Assembly: GCA_964016885.1 (NCBI GenBank)
Contig: CAXHJY010000956.1
Location: 42,978 to 106,977, forward strand
Direction of reading: 5' to 3'
DNA from: Eledone cirrhosa
Taxonomy: Eukaryota
DNA: 64,000 nucleotides
A model generated the notes under the pieces. That model saw nothing but the letters and a program-made list of their open reading frames with translations, ran no database searches and was not told where the DNA came from. Shown piece by piece: positions 1 to 17,608 of this stretch; the first letter of the stretch is position 1, and each line of letters starts with the position of its first letter. The position numbers and the translations under genes were made by a program.

Positions 1-48
<48 letters not shown>

Positions 49-163
49 TTATATGTTAATAGATTATTGTTATTATTATTATTATTATTATTATCATTGA
101 TGTAAAGAATGGATATTGTGTAATATATAACAATATAACAAGGCCAAGAATGTAAAACATTCT

Positions 164-243
<80 letters not shown>

Positions 244-338
244 CTTTCATCTTCCAATGAGTGAATAGAGAAGTGAACGAGGATTGCAACTGAAATATTA
301 CACTGCTGAGGAGACGAAAAACAATTATGAAACTTTCT

Positions 339-380
<42 letters not shown>

Positions 381-539
381 TATATGAGAGAGAGAGAGTG
401 GAAGAGAGGGTTTGTGAGAGAGAGAGAGAGAGAGTTTGAGAGAGCGAGAGAATGTGAGAGACAAAGACAGAGTGAGAGAGAATGTGAGAGAGTCAGAGGA
501 AGACAGATAGATATACACACATATATATATATGCTCACA

Positions 540-610
540 TACAACGTGTCCCCAAAATTGTATACACACTTCAAAGGCATTCTAATAAACATGCGTATAC
601 ATTTTTGGCG

Positions 611-612
<2 letters not shown>
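540..612. mobile_element. Tiny Tc1/mariner-type MITE remnant
   Basis: Starts TACAACGTGTCCCCAAAATTGTATAC, with imperfect inverted partner GTATACATTTTTGG at 595-608. Resembles TA-CAGGGTGTCCCAAAA mariner-type termini. Confidence 0.45.
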
Positions 613-665
<53 letters not shown>

Positions 666-849
666 CTTAGTACTATATTTTAAAAATCTGCCTGGATTAA
701 ATATTTGCGACTGTTGGATTCTTTACGTCAGTATGGGGACACATGTTAGTGCTGTCTTATGTGAAATGGTCGGTCTCTATATACTAAACATATTATCGAA
801 TTAATTTATGAACTCCGGCATCGACTTATACCGCATCAAATACGAAAAA

Positions 850-1715
850 TGATTAAATCGACCTCATTACGTTACTGGTATTTTAATTTATTGACCTTAT
901 AGGCATGAAAGGCAAAGCTAACCTCGGTGGAATTTGAAGTCAGACAGTAAATAAAGGATTACGATTTAGAGACAAGGGGACCAATTTTGGGAGGAGGTGG
1001 AAAAATATTAAATCAACCCCAGTGCTTTACTGGTACTTTAATTTATCCACCTCGTAAGGATGAAAGGCAAAGCTGAACTCGGAACATAAATAAATGTTTC
1101 CGATTCAGACACAAGGCAAATCATTTTGAGGTGATGCGAAAGACAATTAAATCTACCCAGTGTATTACTGGTACTTTATTTTATCGACCTTGTAACGATG
1201 AAAGGCTAAGTTGACCTCGGCAGGATTTGATCTCAGATCGTAAATAAAGATCTCTGGTTTAGGCACAAGGTAAAACATTTTTGCGGAGATGCGAAAGACA
1301 ATTAAATCTACCCCAGTGTATTACTGGTACTTTATTTTGTTGACCTCGGCAAGATTTGATCTCAGATCGTAAATAAAGATCTCTGGTTTAGGCACAAGGT
1401 AAAACATTTTTGCGGAGATGCGAAAGACGATTAAATCTACCCCAGTGTATTACTGGTACTTTATTTTGTTGACCTCGGCAAGATTTGATCTCAGATCGTA
1501 AATAAAGATCTCTGGTTTAGGCACAAGGCAAAACATTTTTGCGGAGATGCGAAAGACAATTAAATCTACCCCAGTGTATTACTGGTACTTTATTTTATCG
1601 ACCCCGTAACGATGAAAGGCTAAGTTGACCTCGGCAGGATTTGATCTCAGATCGTAAATAAAGATTTCTGATTTCAACACAAGGCAAACAAATCTTAAGG
1701 ACATGGGAGTTGAAT
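850..1715 (-). mobile_element. Tandem array of ~6 headless copies of a tRNA-derived SINE (family S1)
   Basis: Repeated TACTGGTACTTTATTTTATCGACC..GATGAAAGGC.AAGTTGACCTCGGC.GGATTTGA.CTCAGA, the reverse complement of the SINE body and B box. TAAATAAAGAT unit starts at 1241, 1370, 1499 and 1655 (129, 129, 156 bp). Confidence 0.85.
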
Positions 1716-2176
1716 TCGTTTCTGTATTAGAATTGACACTAGAGAACTTACAAGTGCACAGTTCTGTTGCAACTAGCAATGCGCATTGAATTACTGCAGC
1801 AGGGGTTGGATGTGCACATTTTAAATGATATTGAGATTATGAGAAACGGGAGTCTCACAAATCGATAAGATTGATAGAAATATGATTGAATTTTCGATAT
1901 AACATTTGATATTTTATGGGAGATGGCGGGCAGGAAGGGGTGCTTATGTATGTATCTATGTAGGTAGGTATGTATGTATGTAAACACATATATATGTGTG
2001 TGTATGTGTGGGTGTATATGTGTGTGTGTGTGTATATATGTGTGTGCGTGTGTGTATATATATGTGTGTGTGTGTGTGCTTTCGTTGTACGTTAGATATA
2101 TAGGTATATGATTATGTATACGGACAGTTATATATATATATAATTATGTATGTACATATATATGTATGTGTGTGTG

Positions 2177-2209
<33 letters not shown>

Positions 2210-2210
2210 G

Positions 2211-2246
<36 letters not shown>

Positions 2247-2347
2247 GTTAGCCAGATTATATATATATACATATGTTTCATATGTATATATATATATATG
2301 CGTTAGCCATATGTGTATATATGTATATATATATATATGCGTTAGCC

Positions 2348-2383
<36 letters not shown>

Positions 2384-2569
2384 GCGTACATATATTTGTG
2401 TATGTGTGTGTGTGTGTGTTTATTAACTCTTCAATTTATATCTTGGTTCCACTGAGAATAACAGGAATTCGGTTGGATTAAATTTCCACCCAGTGAAATA
2501 TGTGAAAGTATTGTTTGCATCCGATTGTGTAGGTAATGAAAGTTTCATATATACACCTCTGTTCGTACG

Positions 2570-2596
<27 letters not shown>

Positions 2597-2600
<4 letters not shown>

Positions 2601-3553
2601 TGTGAGAAAAACCACAGACCCTCCATCTCAACTCTACTTTTGAAAAGCAGAAGTACTGCGAAACCGGTAAAGGAACCAAATAAATATATATATTTTTTTA
2701 GAAAAACCACAGACCCTCCATCTCAACTCTACTTTTGAAAAGCAGAAGTACTGCGAAACCGGTAAAGGAACCAAATAAATATATATATTTTTTTAGAAAA
2801 ACCACAGTCCCTCCATCTCAACTCTACTTTTGAAAAGCAGAAGTACTGCGAAACCGGTAAAGGAACCAAATAAATATATATATTTTTTTAGAAAAACCAC
2901 AGTCCCTCCATCTCAACTCTACTTTTGAAAAGCAGAAGTACTGCGAAACCGGTAAAGGAACCAAATAAATATATTTTTTTAGAAAAACCACAGACCCTCT
3001 ATCTCAACTCTACTTTTGAAAAGCAGAAGTACTGCGAAACCGGTAAAGGAACCAAATAAATATATTTTTTTAGAAAAACCACAGACCCTCTATCTCAACT
3101 CTACTTTTGAAAAGCAGAAGTACTGCGAAACCGGTAAAGGAACCAAATAAATATATTTTTTTAGAAAAACCACAGACCCTCTATCTCAACTCTACTTTTG
3201 AAAAGCAGAAGTACTGCGAAACCGGTAAAGGAACCAAATAAATATATTTTTTTAGAAAAACCACAGACCCTCTATCTCAACTCTACTTTTGAAAAGCAGA
3301 AGTAATGCGAAACCGGTAAAGGAACCAAATAAATATATATATTTTTTTAGAAAAACCACAGTCCCTCCATCTCAACTCTACTTTTGAAAAGCAGAAGAAC
3401 TGCGAAACCGGTAAAGGAACCAAATAAATATATATATATTTTTTTTAAATAAGACTTCAGTTGCATTTTCGATTTCATCTTTTTTTCTTTATACTTTCAC
3501 TCGTGTAGGACACCTCGGTTATTTTTCATTTTGTAAAAAAACCTCATTTTCTA

Positions 3554-3555
<2 letters not shown>
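2597..3555 (+). mobile_element. PLE pLTR-like element (family H1) with a 9-copy internal tandem amplification
   Basis: Units start at 2605, 2700, 2795, 2890, 2981, 3072, 3163, 3254 and 3349. A unique 3' tail runs to 3555. Single-copy relatives lie at 11242-11423 (+) and 49211-49360 (-). Flanked by (TA)n. Confidence 0.75.
2637..2672 (+). ncRNA. Minimal type I hammerhead ribozyme, U3-A8 variant (first of 9 tandem copies)
   Basis: CUU-UUGAAAA-GCAG(AAGUA)CUGC-GAA-ACCGGU-A-AAG: core boxes, 4-bp stem II, palindromic stem III, GUA cleavage triplet (predicted cut after 2669), 3-bp stem I. Confidence 0.75.
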
Positions 3556-3631
<76 letters not shown>

Positions 3632-3644
3632 CACTATCTTTTAA

Positions 3645-3725
3645 ATTGCCTTGTCCGACGAACGAATGAGGACGTTTTTTGTATTCGTCTTATTCGGAAA
3701 TCCTCTGGTAATGAGGTAATTATAT
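3645..3725 (+). ncRNA. Degenerate hammerhead motif in a PLE-like fragment
   Basis: CCGACGA (U4>C), long stem II CGAATGAGGACG/CGTCTTATTCG, GAAA, stem III CCTC/GAGG, then TA. Stem I is poor. Confidence 0.5.
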
Positions 3726-3907
3726 TGTATTGTTTATTATACATTATATATATATATACAATATATTAGTAAATGGAAACTATTGATAAAACCATATTTA
3801 TTTTATTATATATATTTCAAGGGCAACAAGTTATAAAAATGTTTAAGCTTGTTGAATCCCAACAAATTAAATATAACCGCTGCATATATATATATATATA
3901 TATATAT

Positions 3908-4150
3908 AGTTATAATTTGGGAGGGCAATACTGCCAATAAAAACACACGCACCTGTTGGTTTTCACCTCAATTTATTATAAGTTTTATAAGTTTCCGTTT
4001 GGTTCGTTGGTTGGTTCAATAACCGGAAGGTTGTTTATATAGGGTCAAAGCTCTTTCGTCACACATTCTGTGACCTCTTCAGTGAATAGGTTTTTATTTT
4101 GTGTTCCTCCTTTCTTCTGTCCTACATCATCTTGTTTTTGTGATTTGTGA
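3908..4150 (-). mobile_element. PLE pLTR-like fragment with hammerhead at 4045-4085 (family H4)
   Basis: Minus strand reads TCA-CTGAAGA-G-GTCAC(AGAATGT)GTGAC-GAA-AGAGCT-T-TGA. The terminus TTATAATTTGGGAGGGCAA abuts (TA)n and resembles the termini at 8541, 16501, 62751 and 63306. Confidence 0.65.
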
Positions 4151-4192
4151 TTTACATGCAAGCTAAGATATTTATTTATTTATGGTTTTATT

Positions 4193-4361
4193 TTCTTCTT
4201 CTTCTTCTTCTTCTTCTTCTTCTTCTTCTTCTTCTTCTTCTTCTTCTTCTTGTCTTCTTCTTCTTCTTGTCTTCTGTCTTCTTCTTCTGCCTTCTTCTTC
4301 TTCTTCTTCTTCTTCTGTTTCTTCTTGTCTTCTGTCTTCTTCTTCTTCTGCCTTCTTCTTC
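4193..4361. repeat. (CTT)n microsatellite
   Basis: Visible trinucleotide repeat. Confidence 0.95.
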
Positions 4362-4657
4362 AGAAATGAAGACCACAAGAGAGATACAGAAAAGAACCCA
4401 ACCAAGCCCAGATCTCACCCTACACTACACCACCTCACGACACTCCACCACCTCCACCCTACACTCCCCACCCTCGCCGCACTCCCCACCACCACCCTAC
4501 ACACCCACCCTCCCCAACCCCCTCTAGGAGTTGTTACCATGCCAAATATTCTATCTCTGTCCAATGGTTTGGCACCATTCGGATTACTTTTCACTGCCTT
4601 TTTTTTCTGGTTCCGTCGGAAACTTTTTTCACCTCTGAACATCTGATATTTGTTTCG

Positions 4658-4697
4658 TCTACTACTGCCACTACTACTACTACCACTACTACTACTG

Positions 4698-4755
<58 letters not shown>

Positions 4756-5095
4756 CACTACTACTATTGTCACTACTGCTACTACTACTACCACTACTAC
4801 TATTGCCACTACTACTACTAGTAGTACTACTACCACTACTATTACTGCCACTACTACTACTACTACTACTGCTACTACTGCTAATACCACTACTACTACA
4901 ACTGCTACTACTGCTGCTATTACTACTACTACTAGTATTAGCAGCAGTAGCAATAGTAGTAGCAGCAGCAGCAGTAATAGTGGTAATAGTAGTAGTATTA
5001 GTAGCAGCAGTAGTAGTGGGGGTGGGGGTATTAGTAGTAATAGCAGTACCAGCAGCAGCAGTAGTTGTAGTTGTAGTAATTGTTGAAGTACCCGC

Positions 5096-5137
<42 letters not shown>

Positions 5138-5218
5138 AGTTGTAGTAGTTGCAGTACCAGTAGTAGCAGCAGTAGTAATGGTGGTGGTGGTGGTGGTAGA
5201 AGTAGTAGTAGTAGCACC

Positions 5219-5256
<38 letters not shown>

Positions 5257-5258
5257 CA
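4658..5258. repeat. (CTA)n followed by (TAG)n, an inverted trinucleotide tract pair
   Basis: The CTA run switches to its reverse complement near 4934. Confidence 0.95.
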
Positions 5259-5540
5259 ATAAAATCGGTTGAGAAGACGTAACAAAAATGGCGCCAAGCA
5301 AAAAAATGTATTTAATGAAGAGAAATATAAAACGAGGGGACAAGATATATATATATATGTGTGTGTGAGTGTATGTACAATATGTACATATATATATATG
5401 TGTATGTGTGTGCGTTTTTGTGTGTGTGTGTTTATATATGTGTGTGTGAATATATATATACATCTTTAATTCAAGCACATATATATGTATGTATGTGTGT
5501 GAGTTATATATATATATTTATATACATATATACTCACGAT

Positions 5541-5583
5541 TACGAGCTGAGGATCCGCTAAGGTGAAACATTTATTCTCGGTA
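5541..5583 (+). ncRNA. Probable degenerate hammerhead motif
   Basis: CGAG-CTGAGGA-TCC(GCTAA)GGT-GAAAC-ATTTATT-CTCG. Stem I CGAG/CTCG is present, stem III is imperfect. Confidence 0.4.
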
Positions 5584-5605
5584 TGGTGAACTAACAGTTG
5601 TGTAA

Positions 5606-8734
<3,129 letters not shown>

Positions 8735-9098
8735 ACACTACTCTATAAAAAATATATAATATTGAGTTTTGATTTGTGACTGGAGGAGTCAAATGTACAC
8801 ACTGCTTCTTCTTCTTGTTATTGTTGTAGTTGTGTTGTTGTTGTTGTGATTCTTTGAACACCGTTGTTGTTATTGTTGCTGTTGTGTGTGTTGTTGTTGC
8901 TGCTGTTTGTGTTGTTGTAATGGTTCTAACTCCCTGTTGTAGTTGTTATTAAAGATGCGGTTGTCGTTGTTTTTTTGGCTCATGTTGTATTTTCGTGTTG
9001 TTGATGTTGTTCCTACTACTACTTCTACTACTACTACTACTGATGATGATGATAGTACTACTACTACAGCTACTATTCCCTCTACTACTGCCAATTAT

Positions 9099-9280
9099 AA
9101 TTGTTTCTACTTTTGGCACAAGGCCAGCAATTACCCCAGTGTATTACTGGTACTTTATTTTATCGACCCCCGTAAGGATGAAAGGCAAAGTTGACCTCGG
9201 CGGGATTTGAACTGAGAATGGCAAGGGCCGTAACCCTATGCGTCAAAGCATGGCGTCCGACCCTCTACCGATTCTGCCAA
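9099..9280 (-). mobile_element. tRNA-derived SINE S1, near full length
   Basis: Reverse complement of the 11601-11790 copy, with A-box-like TGGCAGAATCGG and B-box-like GTTCAAATCCC. Confidence 0.9.
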
Positions 9281-9654
9281 ATAATAATACCATCACTACT
9301 ACTACTACTACTACTACCACTACTACCACTACTACTACTACTACTGCTACTGCTACTACTACTACTATGACCTCCACTACTGCTAATAACAAAAATTATA
9401 ATTATTGTATTAATATATTTGATATATATGTGTGTGTGTGTGTGTGTGTGGGTGTGGGGGTGCGTCTGTGTCTGTGTGCGAGTGGGAGAGCGTGTGTGTG
9501 TGTATGTTATTAATGTGGTGGTGGCGTCCTTGTTGGTGGTTTAATCCCCACCGGAAGTAGTTATACATGTCTTTTTTCCGGTGTCGATAAAATAACTAAT
9601 ATACAATATTTGGGGAAAGGACTGGGGGGGGGTGTCTGTTCTCTCTAATATTCT

Positions 9655-10360
9655 TGATGATGATGATGGTGATGAATATAGTGATGATGATGATGATGGA
9701 TATGAGGATGGTGATGATGGTGATGATGGTGATGATGGTAACGGTGATGACGATGATGATGATGATGATGATGAGAGTTCTGATGGCGACGGCGGAGCAT
9801 GAAGAAATGATGATGAATTTGAAGAAGAAGAAGAAGAAGAAGAAGAAGACAAACAAGGCGAAGAAGAAGAAGACAAACAAGGCGAAGAAGGCAAAGAAGA
9901 AGGCAAAGAAGAGGACAAACAAGGCGAAGAAGGCAAAGAAGAAGAAGACAAACAAGGCGAAGAAGAAGAAGAGAGAGAAGAAGGTAAATAAGAAAAAGGC
10001 AAAGAAGAAGAAGAAGGCAAAGAAGAAGAGAGAGAAGAAAAAGGCAAAGAAGAAGAGAGAGAAGAAGAAGGTAAATAAGAAAAAGGCAAAGAAGAAGAAG
10101 AAGAAGGCAAAGAAGAAGAGAGAGAAGAAAAAGGCAAAGAAGAAGAGAAAGAAGAAGAAGAAGAAGAAGAAGAAGAAGAAGAAGAAGGCAAAAAAGAAGA
10201 AGAAGAAATGGATGAGGTTTTATGATGATGAAAAAGAATTATGAACAGCTACATCAGCGAAAGTAGGACAAACAAGATAATGACGAAGAAGAAGAAGAAA
10301 AAGAGGAAGACGGGGAGGGAAAATGAAAGAAGAAGAAGGCGAAGAAGGAGGAGGAGAAGA
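9655..10360. repeat. (GAT)n then (AAG)n-based compound repeat
   Basis: Visible. The poly-M, poly-K and poly-S ORFs are artefacts. Confidence 0.9.
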
Positions 10361-10669
10361 AAAGATCATTGGTTAGATTTATGAGGAATGTTCTGGTAAT
10401 TATTTCCGACTTTTAAAAGCAACAGGTCGTAAATAATCCTCGGTAGCCATCTTTAAAATTAATATATCCTGCTGATGTATGCTCTTTCTCATACAGAATG
10501 GATCTAATCCGTTTTCACTTCAGCGCAGTGAGTTTCTTTAACACATACCTATCTAGCTAGCTATGTATCTATCTATCTATGTGTGTGCGTGTGTATATAT
10601 ATATATATATATATATACATACATCAAGCTAACTAACTACATAGCTATGTATCTATCTATATCTATGAA

Positions 10670-10738
<69 letters not shown>

Positions 10739-10805
10739 ATATATATATATATATATACATCAAGCTAACTAACTACATAGCTATGTATCTATCTATCTCT
10801 ATGAA

Positions 10806-10856
<51 letters not shown>

Positions 10857-10889
10857 CTCTTTCTCTCTTTCTCTTTCTCTCTCTCTCTC

Positions 10890-11173
<284 letters not shown>

Positions 11174-11241
11174 ACTATATATATATATATAATTGTTGAA
11201 GGGCTGCAGGTAAATGCGTGCGTAGCGGTATGGTGGTTGAG

Positions 11242-11423
11242 CAACTCTACTTTTGAAAAGCAGAAGAACTGTGAAACCGGTAAAGGAACCAAATAAATAT
11301 ATATATATTTTTTTTAAAAAGACTCCAGCTGCATTTTCGATATCATCTTTTTTCCTTATACTTTCACTCGTGTAGGACACCTCGGTTATTTTCCATTTTG
11401 TAAAAAATACCTCACTTTCTAAT
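11242..11423 (+). mobile_element. Single copy of family H1 with minimal hammerhead
   Basis: Near-identical to 3372-3555. TTGAAAA-GCAG(AAGAA)CTGT-GAAACCGGTA, with stem II kept by a G.U pair. Confidence 0.8.
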
Positions 11424-11600
11424 ATATATATATATATTTAATACATTAACAGAGAAAGCTTTAAGCAATACTACGACCTGCTTCCGTCTCACTCAACAAA
11501 TATTAGGATATACCTTAGTATAATCCCAATTATACGTTTGGGTGCTAACTATACGTATTTTGCGGATAGCCAGTTGTATTATTTTATATGAGACATATAA

Positions 11601-11790
11601 GGGCGGTGGATTGGCTGTATCGGTAGAGGGTCGGACGCCATGCTTTGACGCATAGAGTTACGGCCCTTGCCATTCTGAGTTCAAATCCCGCCGAGGTTAA
11701 CTTTGCCTTTCATCCTTACGGGGTCGATAAAATAAAGTACCAGTAATACACTGGATAATTGCTGGCCTTGTGCCAAAAGTAGAAACAATT
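11601..11790 (+). mobile_element. tRNA-derived SINE S1, full length, 20-bp TSD
   Basis: GGGCGG head, A box TGGCTGTATCGG, B box GAGTTCAAATCCC. The body GCCTTTCATCCTTACGGGGTCGATAAAATAAAGTACCAG resembles the Meta-domain of animal SINEs. TSD ATTATTTTATATGAGACATA at 11578-11597 and 11788-11807. Confidence 0.92.
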
Positions 11791-12149
11791 ATTTTATATG
11801 AGACATAATTAAAATACATCTCTCTTTCCAAACAATCGTTTCATTATAAGTTTTCTACAAATTGGGAAAATAATGTCCAGGTTATGTAGAAGCCTATATA
11901 TATACAGAGAGAGAGAGGGACATACCTACCAACAGGCAGACCATACAGAGAGCAAGTCATACAGACACAGACAGAAGTATGATAGGTATAATCGAAAGGT
12001 CAAATTGGTCTATCTACACCATATAGGTTTTATATATTTTGCTGACATCCATTAAGTTTCCTTTTAACACACTCGACATTTTAGATTATTTAGCATTTTA
12101 TCTTTCTAGTTATTGAAGAGGAATGGATCTATGTTCATTGTTGATTTTT

Positions 12150-15097
<2,948 letters not shown>

Positions 15098-15439
15098 AAT
15101 GGTTAAAAATTATACCGAACACACATACACGCGCACACAGTCAGATACACAGACGCACACACACACACTCAGACACTTACACAGGTACACACTCATGCAC
15201 GCACACGCACATACACAGACACAGACAAACACACACACACATGCACTCACATACACACATACAAATTCTACTTCGTTGAGGTTTATCTCCCCTCTTGTAA
15301 CTCTTTAATATATATTTATCATGCAATGCATTTTTTCAAAATGGTTGACTAACTCTAAGCTTGTTTCCCTCGTCCAAACATTTTTCCCATTCTTTTATCT
15401 TTTCTCCTTTAAACTAGTCTGTCGTTTTAATTCTAATTC

Positions 15440-15480
15440 TCTCTTCTGATGAAGGACAAACGTCTGAAACGTTATGACTC
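15440..15480 (+). ncRNA. Minimal hammerhead motif in a PLE-like fragment
   Basis: TCTT-CTGATGA-A-GGAC(AAAC)GTCT-GAAACGTT-ATGA. Palindromic AACGTT stem III, and stem I has one mismatch. Confidence 0.6.
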
Positions 15481-15593
15481 ATTTCCTGTCATATCAAGTA
15501 TTAAACTAATATATATTTTCATTATACTCTCTGTTCTCACGTTTAGTTGATTATATATATATATATATATATATATATAAGATCACCTCCTAC

Positions 15594-15675
<82 letters not shown>

Positions 15676-15819
15676 GTTGATTGTGTTAGTGTGTGTGTGT
15701 ATGTGTATGTGTATCGAATCTCACTGATGAGTTTTCGACCTAGGTGTATATAAACTATATATCCTTAGGTTCAAATGCATGGACTTTAGTAAATTCATAT
15801 GTGAATATATATATATATA

Positions 15820-15853
<34 letters not shown>

Positions 15854-15856
15854 ATA

Positions 15857-16044
15857 GGGCGGTGAATTGGCAGTATCGGTAGAGGGTTGGACGTCATGCT
15901 TTCTTGCATAGTTACGTCCCTTTATGGTCTGAGTTCAAATCCCGTCGAGGTTAACTTTGCCTTTCATCCTTACGGGATCGATAAAATAAAGTACCAGTAA
16001 TGTACTGGGTAATTGCTGGCCTTGTGCCAATAGTAGAAACAATT
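15857..16044 (+). mobile_element. tRNA-derived SINE S1, full length
   Basis: Same head, body and tail as 11601. Confidence 0.9.
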
Positions 16045-16078
16045 ATTATTATATATATATTATATATTATATATATTA

Positions 16079-16260
16079 GGGCGGTAGATTGGCAGTATCG
16101 GTAGAGGGTCGGACGTCATGCTCTGACGCATAGAGTTATGGCCCTTGCCATTCTGAGTTCTAATCCCGCCGCGGTTAACTTTGCCTTTCATCCTTACCGG
16201 GTTGATTAATAAAGTACCAGTAATACACTGAGATAATTGTGCCAAAAATAGAAACAATTA
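16079..16260 (+). mobile_element. tRNA-derived SINE S1, full length with a small 3' deletion
   Basis: Same head and body as 11601. Lacks GCTGGCCTT near the tail. Confidence 0.9.
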
Positions 16261-16629
16261 TTATATATATTATATTATATATATATATGTATATTTTTAT
16301 GTATGTATGTAGGTATGTATGTAAGTATATATACTCTGGGATATTAAACCTAACGGTCACGTCAAAGCTTATATATGCATATATATATATATATATATGC
16401 TTTATATATATATATGCACTAGGATATACGAGTGATTTTCTATGAAAATACATACACACACACACTTACTTAGTACGTGCATATATATATATATATATTT
16501 CGTTCTTATTGGCAACATGACCCTCCCAAGTATAACAATATATATATATTTATTATACATATATATATATATACACGTATATTGTTGTGTATATCTATCT
16601 ATCTCTCTCTCTCTCTCTATATATATATA

Positions 16630-16681
<52 letters not shown>

Positions 16682-16694
16682 TATATATATATAA

Positions 16695-16893
16695 TATTTT
16701 ATAGAAGGAGCTTCTACAGGACTAGTACTGTTTCATTTCAGATGAAATCTTCAGGGGCTTCTGAAGATTTCAGCTGAATGAAACAGTACTAGTCCCTGTA
16801 GAAGCTCCTTCTATAAAATAAAAAAAATGTACTCTGCCATGTATTGAGTACCTTACTTACTGTGGTTATCCCCAACTCAACCCGGGACCTACG
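16695..16893. mobile_element. Palindromic double-hammerhead PLE-like element (family H2)
   Basis: Inverted arms of ~55-60 bp around 16755-16760, with CTGAAGA..GAAACAG..CTGTA cores on both strands. The 3' tail has GTATTGAGTAC at 16841. Confidence 0.8.
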
Positions 16894-17010
16894 TATATAT
16901 ATAATATATATATATATATACTGATATATATATATATATATACTGATATATATATTATATATACTAATATATATATTATATATACTGATATATATATGTA
17001 TATACACACA

Positions 17011-17062
<52 letters not shown>

Positions 17063-17254
17063 ATATAATTTATTGATGGGGTTATTTTGACTTTTATTGG
17101 CTGATAGTTTAAGACATCGAATGACATGTATTTCTTTTCTTATCGCAAATTAAGTCTTGTTCAATGCTTTCGCCGCTATTCAAAATGGCGAACAGCACTA
17201 TCGTTTCAAATAACTACGCTCATATATATCCAAATACATACACACGCACACACG

Positions 17255-17319
<65 letters not shown>

Positions 17320-17403
17320 GCACATATAGATACATGTTCAATCACATATACTTATACATATACATACTGGTTCGTACAAGAACATATATACATATATCCG
17401 AAT

Positions 17404-17434
<31 letters not shown>

Positions 17435-17455
17435 AATATATATACATACATATAA

Positions 17456-17512
<57 letters not shown>

Positions 17513-17550
17513 CCTGTATGTATATGTATAAATATATTTGTGATTGAACA

Positions 17551-17608
<58 letters not shown>

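Noticed and set aside
2447-2510. CTGAGAA...GAAA hammerhead-like motif; similarly 15725 (CTGATGA), 46613-46666 (-) and 52545-52600
   Set aside because: Core boxes are incomplete or stems unconvincing. They may be decayed HHRs but cannot be supported by eye.
2605-3446. CRISPR-like appearance of regular repeats (also 28328 and 33578)
   Set aside because: No unique spacers, eukaryotic context and no cas genes. These are plain tandem units.
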